Assembly (NCBI GenBank): GCA_902519325.1
Contig: CABYJU010000005.1
Span: 8,324-72,323, forward strand
DNA length: 64,000 bases
DNA from: an uncultured Pelagibacteraceae bacterium
Lineage (GTDB): Bacteria; Pseudomonadota; Alphaproteobacteria; Pelagibacterales; Pelagibacteraceae
Direction: 5' to 3'
Position numbers and translations under genes: made by a program. The notes under the pieces were generated by a model, which made no database searches, was not told the DNA's origin, and saw only the letters and a list, made by a program, of their open reading frames with translations. The first letter of the stretch is position 1, and every line of letters starts with the position of its first letter. Positions 30,932-38,991 of this stretch are shown piece after piece.

Positions 30932-33082
30932 ATGACTGCATTAAAAAAACAAGATAAAGAAACACTAAAATCTAAATACATAAATAGAGAGCTGTCTTGG
31001 CTAAAATTCAACGACAGAGTTCTTCTTGAGGCCCAAAATTTTGAAAATCCTCTTTATGAAAGAATTAAATTTTTATCTATAGCTGGATCAAATTTAGATG
31101 AATTTTTCATGGTTCGTGTTGCAGGTTTATATAGTCAAATCAAACAAGATGTAGATTCACTTAGTTCTGATGGTCTTACTCCTGATGAACAAATGAGTGA
31201 AGTTATTTTGGAAACAAATAATCTTCTTAATAAACAAAATAAAATATTTAGAGATTTAATTCTTCAATTAAAAAAAGCAAATATAAATATAGTTAAACCT
31301 GAAAATTTAAGTAAAACTGAACAAAAAAGATTATTTAAAATTTTTAATGAAGAAATTTACCCTCTGCTAACCCCATCAGCAATAGACCCAGCTCATCCCT
31401 TTCCATTTATTGCAAATCAAGGAAGAGCATTAGTTATGAGATTAAATAAGAAAAATAAAAAAAGGACTTTAAATGCAATAATAGTAATTCCAAAAGCTTT
31501 ATCAAGATTTATTGAAATAGATGGAAATAAAAGTTTTAAAAAATTTTTAATTATAGATGATGTTATAAGTTTTTTTGCCTCTGAAATATTTCCTGATCAT
31601 GATTTAGATAAAAAAATGTTATTTAGAGTTATAAGAGATAGTGATGTAGAAATTCAAGAGGAGGCCGAAGATTTAGTAAGATCTTTTGAATTGGCTTTAA
31701 AAAGAAGAAGAACAGGTGACATAGTACGTTTAGAAATTTTAAAAAATAGTAATAATGACTTAATTAAGTTTATAACCAATAAGTTAAACGTAAAATCTGA
31801 ATACATCTATGAAATTGAAGGCATTGTTGGAATTCAAGATATAGACCAAGTTTGTAAAATTAAAAATTCTAAATTAAGATTTAAAAATTTTAATCCCAGG
31901 GAGGTTGAGAGATTAAAGGAGTTTAATAATAATTTTTTTGATACTATAAAAAAAAAAGATTTAATAGTTCATCACCCTTTTGAAACATTTGATGCTGTCG
32001 TTGAGTTTTTAAATCAAGCTGCATATGATAAAAAAGTTATAGCAATTAAACAAACTCTATACAGAACAACGCTAGATTCTCCAATTGTTAAAGCCTTAAT
32101 AACAGCAGCTGAAAATGGAAAGACAGTAACCGCTTTAATAGAGATCAAAGCAAGATTTGATGAAGAAGCAAACATTCAACTTTCAAGAAGTTTAGAAAAT
32201 GCAGGAATTCAAATAGTTTATGGTTTTGCAAAATATAAAACACATGCAAAATCATCTTTAATATTAAGAAAAGAGCAGGGAAAAATTCAAACTTATATAC
32301 ATCTGGGAACTGGTAATTATCACCCAGTTAATGCAAAAATTTATACTGACTTATCTTTATTTAGCTCTGATAAAAAAATAGCAACTGATGTGGAAAAATT
32401 TTTTAATTATGTAACTGGTTATTCAAAACCACGAAATCTTAGTAAAATATCTATATCACCAATTAATCTTAGGGAAACCTTGAACAAATGTATTGCTAAC
32501 GAGATAACAAATGTCAAAAAAGGTAAAAAAGGTGAAATATGGGCCAAAATGAATTCCTTGGTAGATCCAGCGATAATTGATAAATTTTACGAAGCTTCAA
32601 ATGCTGGAGTAAAGATATTTTTATTTGTAAGAGGTGTTTGTTGTTTAAGACCTGGAGTTAAAGATAAATCTGAAAATATAATAGTTAAAAGCATGATTGG
32701 AAGATTTTTGGAACACTCAAGAATTTATTGTTTTGCAAATGGAAAAACAATGCCTAGTAGAGATGCAAAAGTTTTTATTTCATCAGCAGATTTAATGCCA
32801 AGAAATTTAAATCGAAGAGTAGAACTTCTAGTTCCAATTGAAAACCAAACAGTCCACGAACAAGTTCTTGATCAAATTATGTTAGCTAATTATTTAGATA
32901 AAAAACAAAGTTGGGAACTTGATGCTAGTGGAAATTATAAAAAAATTAAATATAGTGAAAATGATTCTTTTTCAGCCCATGATTATTTTATGAATAATCC
33001 TAGTTTATCTGGAAGAGGTAAAGCTAAATTAAAAATGAAACCGAAAAAATTAAACTTAAGACTTATTAAAAGTGGAAATTAA
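30932..33082 (+). CDS. ppk1: Polyphosphate kinase 1
   Basis: NRELSWL, NLDEFFMVRVA, HPFP, KARFDE, KTHAK, GRFLEHSR, SADLMPRNL. Confidence 0.97.
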   Translation: MTALKKQDKETLKSKYINRELSWLKFNDRVLLEAQNFENPLYERIKFLSIAGSNLDEFFMVRVAGLYSQIKQDVDSLSSDGLTPDEQMSEVILETNNLLNKQNKIFRDLILQLKKANINIVKPENLSKTEQKRLFKIFNEEIYPLLTPSAIDPAHPFPFIANQGRALVMRLNKKNKKRTLNAIIVIPKALSRFIEIDGNKSFKKFLIIDDVISFFASEIFPDHDLDKKMLFRVIRDSDVEIQEEAEDLVRSFELALKRRRTGDIVRLEILKNSNNDLIKFITNKLNVKSEYIYEIEGIVGIQDIDQVCKIKNSKLRFKNFNPREVERLKEFNNNFFDTIKKKDLIVHHPFETFDAVVEFLNQAAYDKKVIAIKQTLYRTTLDSPIVKALITAAENGKTVTALIEIKARFDEEANIQLSRSLENAGIQIVYGFAKYKTHAKSSLILRKEQGKIQTYIHLGTGNYHPVNAKIYTDLSLFSSDKKIATDVEKFFNYVTGYSKPRNLSKISISPINLRETLNKCIANEITNVKKGKKGEIWAKMNSLVDPAIIDKFYEASNAGVKIFLFVRGVCCLRPGVKDKSENIIVKSMIGRFLEHSRIYCFANGKTMPSRDAKVFISSADLMPRNLNRRVELLVPIENQTVHEQVLDQIMLANYLDKKQSWELDASGNYKKIKYSENDSFSAHDYFMNNPSLSGRGKAKLKMKPKKLNLRLIKSGN

Positions 33083-34583
33083 AGTTTTTAAAAATAAACA
33101 AAATTTCAAATTAAAACCTGCTAAATTAGCAGTTATTGATATAGGCTCTAATTCTATTAGGATGCTAATTTATGAAGATTTTAGCTCTTCTCGTGTGCCT
33201 TTTTTCAATGAAAAAGCTGTTTGTGAACTTGGTAAAAATTTAGATAAATCAAGAAAACTTCATAAGTCTGGTGTTGATTATGCTCAAAAAGTATTGAAGA
33301 GATTTTCAGAGATTTTAAATGTTTCTAAAATTTCTAATTTAAAAATAATAGCAACTGCAGTTTTAAGAGAAGCAACTGATGCAAAACCATTTGTTGAATA
33401 CGTAGAAAATCTTTTTAAGAAAAAAATAGAAATCTTAAGTGGAGAGGAAGAAGCAATTTGTTCAGCTGAAGGTGTTAAAATTGGATTTGATAATGTAGAT
33501 GGGTTAGTTGCTGATCTTGGTGGAGGTAGTTTAGAATTAGCTCGAGTTGAAAATGGTTTGATCACTAATAAAACATCTTTACCCTTAGGTGTTTTAAGAT
33601 TAATTAATAATCCAATTGTAAAAAAGAGAAACCTTTCTAAATATATAAAAAAACTTTTGAGAGATGAAAAATGGTTATCTAAAAAAAAATTTGAAAATCT
33701 TTATTTAGTTGGCGGAACATGGAGAGCTTTATTTAAACTTCATCTTTTTCAAAATAAACACCCTGTCCACATAATCCATCAGTATTCAGTAAATTATGAA
33801 ACTTTATCAACATTTATAGAAAAAATAGCATCGTTCAATAAAGCAAAACTAAAAACAGTTGAATATATATCTAAATCTAGAACACCTTATCTACCATATA
33901 GCTCTATAATTTTAGATGAGATAATGAGAGCAACAAATCCAAAAAACATAATATGTTCCATAAGCGGTATTAGAGAGGGATCTTTGACGAAAGATTACTT
34001 TAAAAATATTGATAACTCTCAAGTTTTTGAAAAATCATTAGAATATATTTCTAAGAAGAGAGGTGATTTGGGATTAACCTACAAAAAGTATTATGAATTT
34101 ATCAAACCTGTATTTGATGGTAATGAACATTTTGATGAAAAATTGCTTAATTTAGCTTGTGTTTTAAGTCATATGGATTGGGGACTTGGTGCTTTTCAAA
34201 AAGCAGAATTAGTTTTTCAAGAAACATTAAATACTCCATTATTGAGACTTTCACATAAAGAAAGAATTCAAATAGCTCTTTCATGTTATTGGAGGTACTG
34301 CAGCATTAAATACAACCCTAAAATAGAATATTTAACTTTTTTAAATAATAATGAAATTTTTTCTAGTAAACAAGTTGGTGCAGCCTTAAGATTTGCACAT
34401 TCACTTACATCTATTTCAACTATCTTCTTAGAGGAATTTAAATTGTATAAAAGAGGTAACTCTGTATTTTTAAAAATTCCAGCACAACACCAAGAAATAA
34501 TTTCTAAACAAGTTACAAAAAGATTTAAAGCTCTGGCGAGAGAATTATTTTTAGAACCAAGAGTAATTTATTCAAATAATTAA
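33072..34583 (+). CDS. ppx: Exopolyphosphatase Ppx/GppA family
   Basis: IDIGSNSIR, ATAVLREA, LSGEEEA, DLGGGSLEL, GIREG. Confidence 0.92.
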   Translation: MEIKVFKNKQNFKLKPAKLAVIDIGSNSIRMLIYEDFSSSRVPFFNEKAVCELGKNLDKSRKLHKSGVDYAQKVLKRFSEILNVSKISNLKIIATAVLREATDAKPFVEYVENLFKKKIEILSGEEEAICSAEGVKIGFDNVDGLVADLGGGSLELARVENGLITNKTSLPLGVLRLINNPIVKKRNLSKYIKKLLRDEKWLSKKKFENLYLVGGTWRALFKLHLFQNKHPVHIIHQYSVNYETLSTFIEKIASFNKAKLKTVEYISKSRTPYLPYSSIILDEIMRATNPKNIICSISGIREGSLTKDYFKNIDNSQVFEKSLEYISKKRGDLGLTYKKYYEFIKPVFDGNEHFDEKLLNLACVLSHMDWGLGAFQKAELVFQETLNTPLLRLSHKERIQIALSCYWRYCSIKYNPKIEYLTFLNNNEIFSSKQVGAALRFAHSLTSISTIFLEEFKLYKRGNSVFLKIPAQHQEIISKQVTKRFKALARELFLEPRVIYSNN

Positions 34584-34715
34584 TATATAATTTAATTTAT
34601 TACAACTTACAGGTTAGTGATTTTTCTTCTTTAATATATTTTTAATTTTATTGAAACATATCTTTAATCCAAATGTAATATTCTTCTGTGATTAAATTGT
34701 AAACATTAAACCCCT

Positions 34716-34755
34716 GAAATACGCTCGGTATTATTATTGAGCGTATTTCTTTTTA
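34716..34755 (+). terminator. Intrinsic terminator (+ strand) overlapping the Nudix gene stop
   Basis: GAAATACGCTCGG-TATTATTA-TTGAGCGTATTTC-TTTTT; G-U pairs and T tail on + strand. Confidence 0.8.
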
Positions 34756-35222
34756 TAAAACAAATACATTCCTATATGAGATGCATTGTTAAATTTACCA
34801 TTCTCAATTAATTTAATTATTTGATGATCTGAAACTATGTGGATTTTAATTCCTTTTTCAGGCTTTGAAATTTTAATAAGATTATTACAAAAAAAACCAG
34901 TAATTTTAGTGGTGAGTCGACCTGGTTCAGAATAAAATGAAGTAATTTTTCTTAATTTATTTCTTGATTTATATCCTGTTTCTTCAATTAATTCTTTTTT
35001 AGCAGATATTAAAGCTGTTTCATGTTTTTCAATTATACCAGATGGAAACTCAAAATTAATTTGATTTATAGGAATTCTTTTTTGTGAAACCAAAATATAC
35101 TTGTTCTTAATTTTGGGTATTACTATTGAAAGGTTTGAGGTTTTTAAAAAATGATAAAATTCTTTTTTTTTAAATTTTTTATTAATTAATTTAATATTGT
35201 TTGTTAGTTTTAAATTTTTCAA
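34734..35222 (-). CDS. Nudix hydrolase (ADP-ribose pyrophosphatase-like)
   Basis: Nudix box GIIEKHETALISAKKELIEETGY (K for the usual R), FYSEPG; TTG start overlapping the aquaporin gene. Confidence 0.85.
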   Translation of the reverse strand: MKNLKLTNNIKLINKKFKKKEFYHFLKTSNLSIVIPKIKNKYILVSQKRIPINQINFEFPSGIIEKHETALISAKKELIEETGYKSRNKLRKITSFYSEPGRLTTKITGFFCNNLIKISKPEKGIKIHIVSDHQIIKLIENGKFNNASHIGMYLFYKKKYAQ

Positions 35223-35877
35223 TCTTTTTTAAGAATAATTTTTTTGCGATATAAACAGCAATTAACATACCAATTAATTCTGCAATTATATAAAAAGGAG
35301 TGTTTAAATAACTTATACCAGTAAACGACTCTGTGAATGTTCTTGCTATTGTTACAGCAGGATTTGCAAAAGAAGTTGACGAGGTAAACCAATAACCAGC
35401 AGTGATATATAAACCAACTGATCCAGCAACAGCTATTTTACCTGATTTCATTGAACCAAAAATAATTAAAATAAGACCCAACGTAGCAACTATTTCAGAA
35501 GTAAAAATATAAATCCCACTCCTTGACTTTGTTGATAATTCAAAAACCTGATGTTCAAAAAAGAAATTAGCTAATGCTACACCTAGCAAACATCCAAGTA
35601 TCTGAGCAGAAATATAAAAGGGTAGAAGGTTTTTTTTTAACTTTCCTGTAATTGTCATAGCAATACTTACAAATGGATTGAAATGAGCCCCAGATACATC
35701 AGCAAATACTGTTATTAGCACAAACAATCCAGCTCCGGTTGCCAATGTGTTTGCTATTAGCATTACTGCTATATCATTAGTTAGATTTTCTGCCATTAAA
35801 CCTGATCCAACTATGATCATGACCAGAAAGCAACTTCCAATGAACTCTGAAAGAAAATATCTATTTTTATTTTTCAT
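35191..35877 (-). CDS. MIP family channel, AqpS-like (probable arsenite efflux)
   Basis: SGAHFNPF and WFTSSTSFANPAVT motifs of ars-linked aquaporins; overlaps the arsC stop. Confidence 0.88.
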   Translation of the reverse strand: MKNKNRYFLSEFIGSCFLVMIIVGSGLMAENLTNDIAVMLIANTLATGAGLFVLITVFADVSGAHFNPFVSIAMTITGKLKKNLLPFYISAQILGCLLGVALANFFFEHQVFELSTKSRSGIYIFTSEIVATLGLILIIFGSMKSGKIAVAGSVGLYITAGYWFTSSTSFANPAVTIARTFTESFTGISYLNTPFYIIAELIGMLIAVYIAKKLFLKKIEKFKTNKQY

Positions 35878-36298
35878 CTATCCAATCTTTAATTTTATTA
35901 CTTATAATATTGAAAGTTTTTCTAATGATTATTTGCTTTTCTTCGTCATTTGCATTTTGAAGTTTAGCTACCGGATCTTCTATATCCCAATGTATAATTT
36001 GGTTTTTATCAGGCCAAATAGGACATACCTCATTATTTGCGTTGTTGCATACTGTTATTACATGATCCATTTTTAATTCTTTATTGATAAATTCTTCAAA
36101 GTTTTTAGAACTGTAATTAGTTAGATCATAACTTTTATTTTTTTCTAAAAAACTTTTAACATCTTCATTGATTTTTCCAGATGGATTACTACCAGCACTA
36201 AAAGCATTAAATTTATTTGAGTATTCGTTATTAATAATACTCTCTGCGATAATGCTTCTCGCTGAATTTCCTGTGCATACAAATAAAATATTTTTCAT
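35867..36298 (-). CDS. arsC: Arsenate reductase, LMW-PTP fold (thioredoxin type)
   Basis: P-loop CTGNSARS, SAG, resolving Cys pair ITVC...VCPIWP, HWDIEDP. Confidence 0.9.
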   Translation of the reverse strand: MKNILFVCTGNSARSIIAESIINNEYSNKFNAFSAGSNPSGKINEDVKSFLEKNKSYDLTNYSSKNFEEFINKELKMDHVITVCNNANNEVCPIWPDKNQIIHWDIEDPVAKLQNANDEEKQIIIRKTFNIISNKIKDWIDEK

Positions 36299-36519
36299 TA
36301 AAAAATAATTTTATAAATACCAATTACAAACAAAGGAATTTGTAATCCAAAATTAGTTAATATGGCCTTATCTTTTAATAAAAAACCCGATATTGTCCAT
36401 CCAACTACACCAAGACCATGAAAATATATATTAATTGGATATATATTTAAATTTGTAAGCAATATTCCTGTTAAGACTAAAAACGTGCTTAACCATTTGA
36501 GATATTTTTTTAAAAACAT
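36298..36519 (-). CDS. Small membrane protein (DUF6552-like by recall), first gene of the ars operon
   Basis: 73 aa, about 3 TM; KW..T, NIYPIN, W...G...KD.A..N; strong SD AAGGAG; TAATG coupling to arsC. Confidence 0.75.
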   Translation of the reverse strand: MFLKKYLKWLSTFLVLTGILLTNLNIYPINIYFHGLGVVGWTISGFLLKDKAILTNFGLQIPLFVIGIYKIIF

Positions 36520-36540
36520 AAAACTCCTTTCTCTATACTT

Positions 36541-36569
36541 ATGACAGTTATGTTAAAGATTTATTAAAA
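36541..36569 (-). promoter_or_regulatory. Pho box upstream of the ars operon
   Basis: Minus strand TTTTAAT-AAAT-CTTTAAC-ATAA-CTGTCAT; last unit is the canonical CTGTCAT. Confidence 0.75.
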
Positions 36570-36577
36570 TTATTATT

Positions 36578-36916
36578 TTATATTAAATTGATTATGTATC
36601 TATGGATAAAATATCCTCCGATTAGCAATATTAAACCTGTAATATAAATTATGAAAAAATTCATATTAAAAGATTTTGCAAAAAAGAAGGGTACAAAGAA
36701 TAAATAACTTGCTGGTACTGCAATAAATATACTTTTTGTAAACATTACTGTTTTTTCTGTATCATTATGCTCATAATACGAAAACAGTATCGCTATTAGT
36801 GATACCAAGGGTAATGCAATAATAAATCCAGCGAGCTTAGGATTTTGACCAGCCAACCAACTAGAAAATGCGATAATTAAACCCCCAGCAATAATTTTAA
36901 AAAGAAAGAATAACAT
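36578..36916 (-). CDS. Small membrane protein (DUF3147-like by recall)
   Basis: About 4 TM; P.LAGFIIALPLVSL. Confidence 0.7.
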   Translation of the reverse strand: MLFFLFKIIAGGLIIAFSSWLAGQNPKLAGFIIALPLVSLIAILFSYYEHNDTEKTVMFTKSIFIAVPASYLFFVPFFFAKSFNMNFFIIYITGLILLIGGYFIHRYIINLI

Positions 36917-36945
36917 TGTTGTAAATATTTATAGTTATATACAAA

Positions 36946-37344
36946 TTATTTAACAGAACATTTTTTGCAAAGCCCAAAGAATTCAAGATTATATTTATTG
37001 AATTTCATACCCGCTTTGTCTTGAAAATTTTTTAAATATTTTGAAAGTTTGCTGTCACTAATTTCACTTACTTCTTCACAGCTTTCACATATTGAAAATG
37101 CTGTTGCCTTAGAAATCTGACAATTTGAATTTTTGCATGCAACGAAAGCATTTCTACTTTCAATTTTGTGAATTTTTCCAATTTCAACCAATTTATCAAG
37201 CGCTCTATAAACTTGAAGAGGGGCTTTAATACCTTTTTTTTGTAAATTATGTAAAATTGAATAAGCTTTTATGGGCTCATTTACTTTTTCAATGTAATCA
37301 AGAACTATTTGTTGATTTTTTGATAGTGTTTCCTGTTTAAGCAT
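36946..37344 (-). CDS. zur: Fur-family zinc uptake regulator
   Basis: PLQVYRAL, HKIESRNAFVAC, CESC and CKKC; downstream of znuCB. Confidence 0.9.
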   Translation of the reverse strand: MLKQETLSKNQQIVLDYIEKVNEPIKAYSILHNLQKKGIKAPLQVYRALDKLVEIGKIHKIESRNAFVACKNSNCQISKATAFSICESCEEVSEISDSKLSKYLKNFQDKAGMKFNKYNLEFFGLCKKCSVK

Positions 37345-37368
37345 AGTTTTTCTTTTATCAATTTCCCA

Positions 37369-38172
37369 TTAGTTTTTCAATTGTATCGTCTGTTTAACTT
37401 TAAATAGAGATATTACAAATAATAATAACGCTGCAGCAATGATAGATGGACCCGAAGGAGTATTGAATTGCAATGAAGAAAATAAACCCATGATTACTGA
37501 TAATAATCCTCCACATATAGAAAAAATTACCATCTTTTTGGGAGTATCTGATATGTTACGAGCCATAGCCGTTGGTATAATTAACATCCCAGTTATTAAT
37601 AAAAGTCCTACAATTTTTATAGAAATTGCAATTATTGCTGCCATTAAAATAGTAAATATTGCTTTTGCTCTATCAGGATTTAATCCTTCTGCTTCTGCAA
37701 GTTCATAATTTACTGTTGAAGCAAATAAAGGTTTCCAAATTATTTTTAATACAATTAAAATTATTGCTCCTCCTCCCCATATAATTATCAAATCATCAAC
37801 ATTAACAGCTAATATGTCTCCAAATAATAGTCCCATGACATCAAATCTTATAAATGAGAGAAAACCAATTACCACTAAGCCAACTGCTAATGCTGAGTGA
37901 GCTAAAAGACCAAGTAAAGCATCACCGGGCAAATTAGTATTTTTTTCAAGTTTAACTAATATGATTGCTATTACTGATGAAATGATAAATATCGAAATTG
38001 CTATATTAATTTCGAATGCCAATGCCATTGTAACACCAAGTAATGCTGAATGTGCTAATGTATCTCCGAAATAAGATAATCTTCTCCAAACTACAAAGCA
38101 GCCCAAAGGACCTGTTACAAAAGCAACACCTATACCAGCAATTAAAGCTCTTATAAAAAAATCATCAAACAT
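37369..38172 (-). CDS. znuB: Zinc ABC transporter permease
   Basis: GCFVVWRRLSYFGDTLAH, LLFGDILA. Confidence 0.95.
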   Translation of the reverse strand: MFDDFFIRALIAGIGVAFVTGPLGCFVVWRRLSYFGDTLAHSALLGVTMALAFEINIAISIFIISSVIAIILVKLEKNTNLPGDALLGLLAHSALAVGLVVIGFLSFIRFDVMGLLFGDILAVNVDDLIIIWGGGAIILIVLKIIWKPLFASTVNYELAEAEGLNPDRAKAIFTILMAAIIAISIKIVGLLLITGMLIIPTAMARNISDTPKKMVIFSICGGLLSVIMGLFSSLQFNTPSGPSIIAAALLLFVISLFKVKQTIQLKN

Positions 38173-38919
38173 TTAATTTTTTTTTATATCTCCATCATTT
38201 GAATGAACATGATCATGCTTATGTTCATATATAGAAAGAGTTTGTGAAGCTTGTTCGCCAAATAACAGTTTATACTCATTATTCATTGCAACGTCTTTTG
38301 GTGTTCCTGAACAACACACGTGGCCATTTAAACAAATAACATGATCTGTTGCTGTCATAACAGTATGCAAATCATGAGAAATTAATAAAATTCCACAATT
38401 TAATTTATCTGCTATTTCTTTTATTAATTTATACAATGCAATCTCCCCAGTAAAATCAACTCCTTGAACCGGCTCATCCAATACTAAAAGATCAGGTTTT
38501 TTTGAAACTGCTCTTGCAAGAAGCACTCTTTGAAATTCTCCACCAGATAAATTTCCTAAATTCTGGTTTTTAAGATGATCTGCACCCGTTAATTTTAAAG
38601 CTTCATTTATTTTTTCTTCATCGAGTTCATCTGTTAAAACCATAAAATCACTCACTTTAAGTGGCAATGTCCAGTCAATTGAAATCTTTTGAGGAACATA
38701 TCCAATTTTATCAGTAAATTTTTCTACATTGCCTTCTATATTCTTATGAAGTCCTATCGCAATTTTTGCAGTTGTGCTTTTGCCAGAACCATTTGGCCCA
38801 ATTAATGTTACTATCTTTCCTCTTTCAACAATTAAAGAAACGCCTTTTACAAGCCATTTATTCCGTTGTTTTAATCCAACTTCAGTTAATTTTACTAATA
38901 CATTGTTCTCAATTGTCAT
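38173..38919 (-). CDS. znuC: Zinc ABC transporter ATPase
   Basis: GPNGSGKST, LSGGEFQR, CLNGHVCCSG, His-rich C-terminus. Confidence 0.95.
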   Translation of the reverse strand: MTIENNVLVKLTEVGLKQRNKWLVKGVSLIVERGKIVTLIGPNGSGKSTTAKIAIGLHKNIEGNVEKFTDKIGYVPQKISIDWTLPLKVSDFMVLTDELDEEKINEALKLTGADHLKNQNLGNLSGGEFQRVLLARAVSKKPDLLVLDEPVQGVDFTGEIALYKLIKEIADKLNCGILLISHDLHTVMTATDHVICLNGHVCCSGTPKDVAMNNEYKLLFGEQASQTLSIYEHKHDHVHSNDGDIKKN

Positions 38920-38937
38920 TTATTACCTTGACTTATT

Positions 38938-38974
38938 AATGTTATATTATTACACAATGTTATATTATAACAAT
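38938..38974. promoter_or_regulatory. Tandem Zur boxes in the divergent znuA/znuC promoter
   Basis: TGTTATATTATTACA (38940) and TGTTATATTATAACA (38958) match the proteobacterial Zur palindrome TGTTATA-N-TATAACA. Confidence 0.85.
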
Positions 38975-38991
38975 TAACACTAAATTAAATT

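Noticed and set aside
30919-31011. N-terminal extension of sixA overlapping ppk; similar extensions of xth, the iscA/erpA gene and pstB
   Set aside because: Family motifs begin at downstream ATGs; the extensions are ORF-caller artefacts.
34651-34695. 14-aa TTG-start ORF (MKHIFNPNVIFFCD) in the ppx-Nudix spacer
   Set aside because: No SD, weak start codon, length expected by chance.
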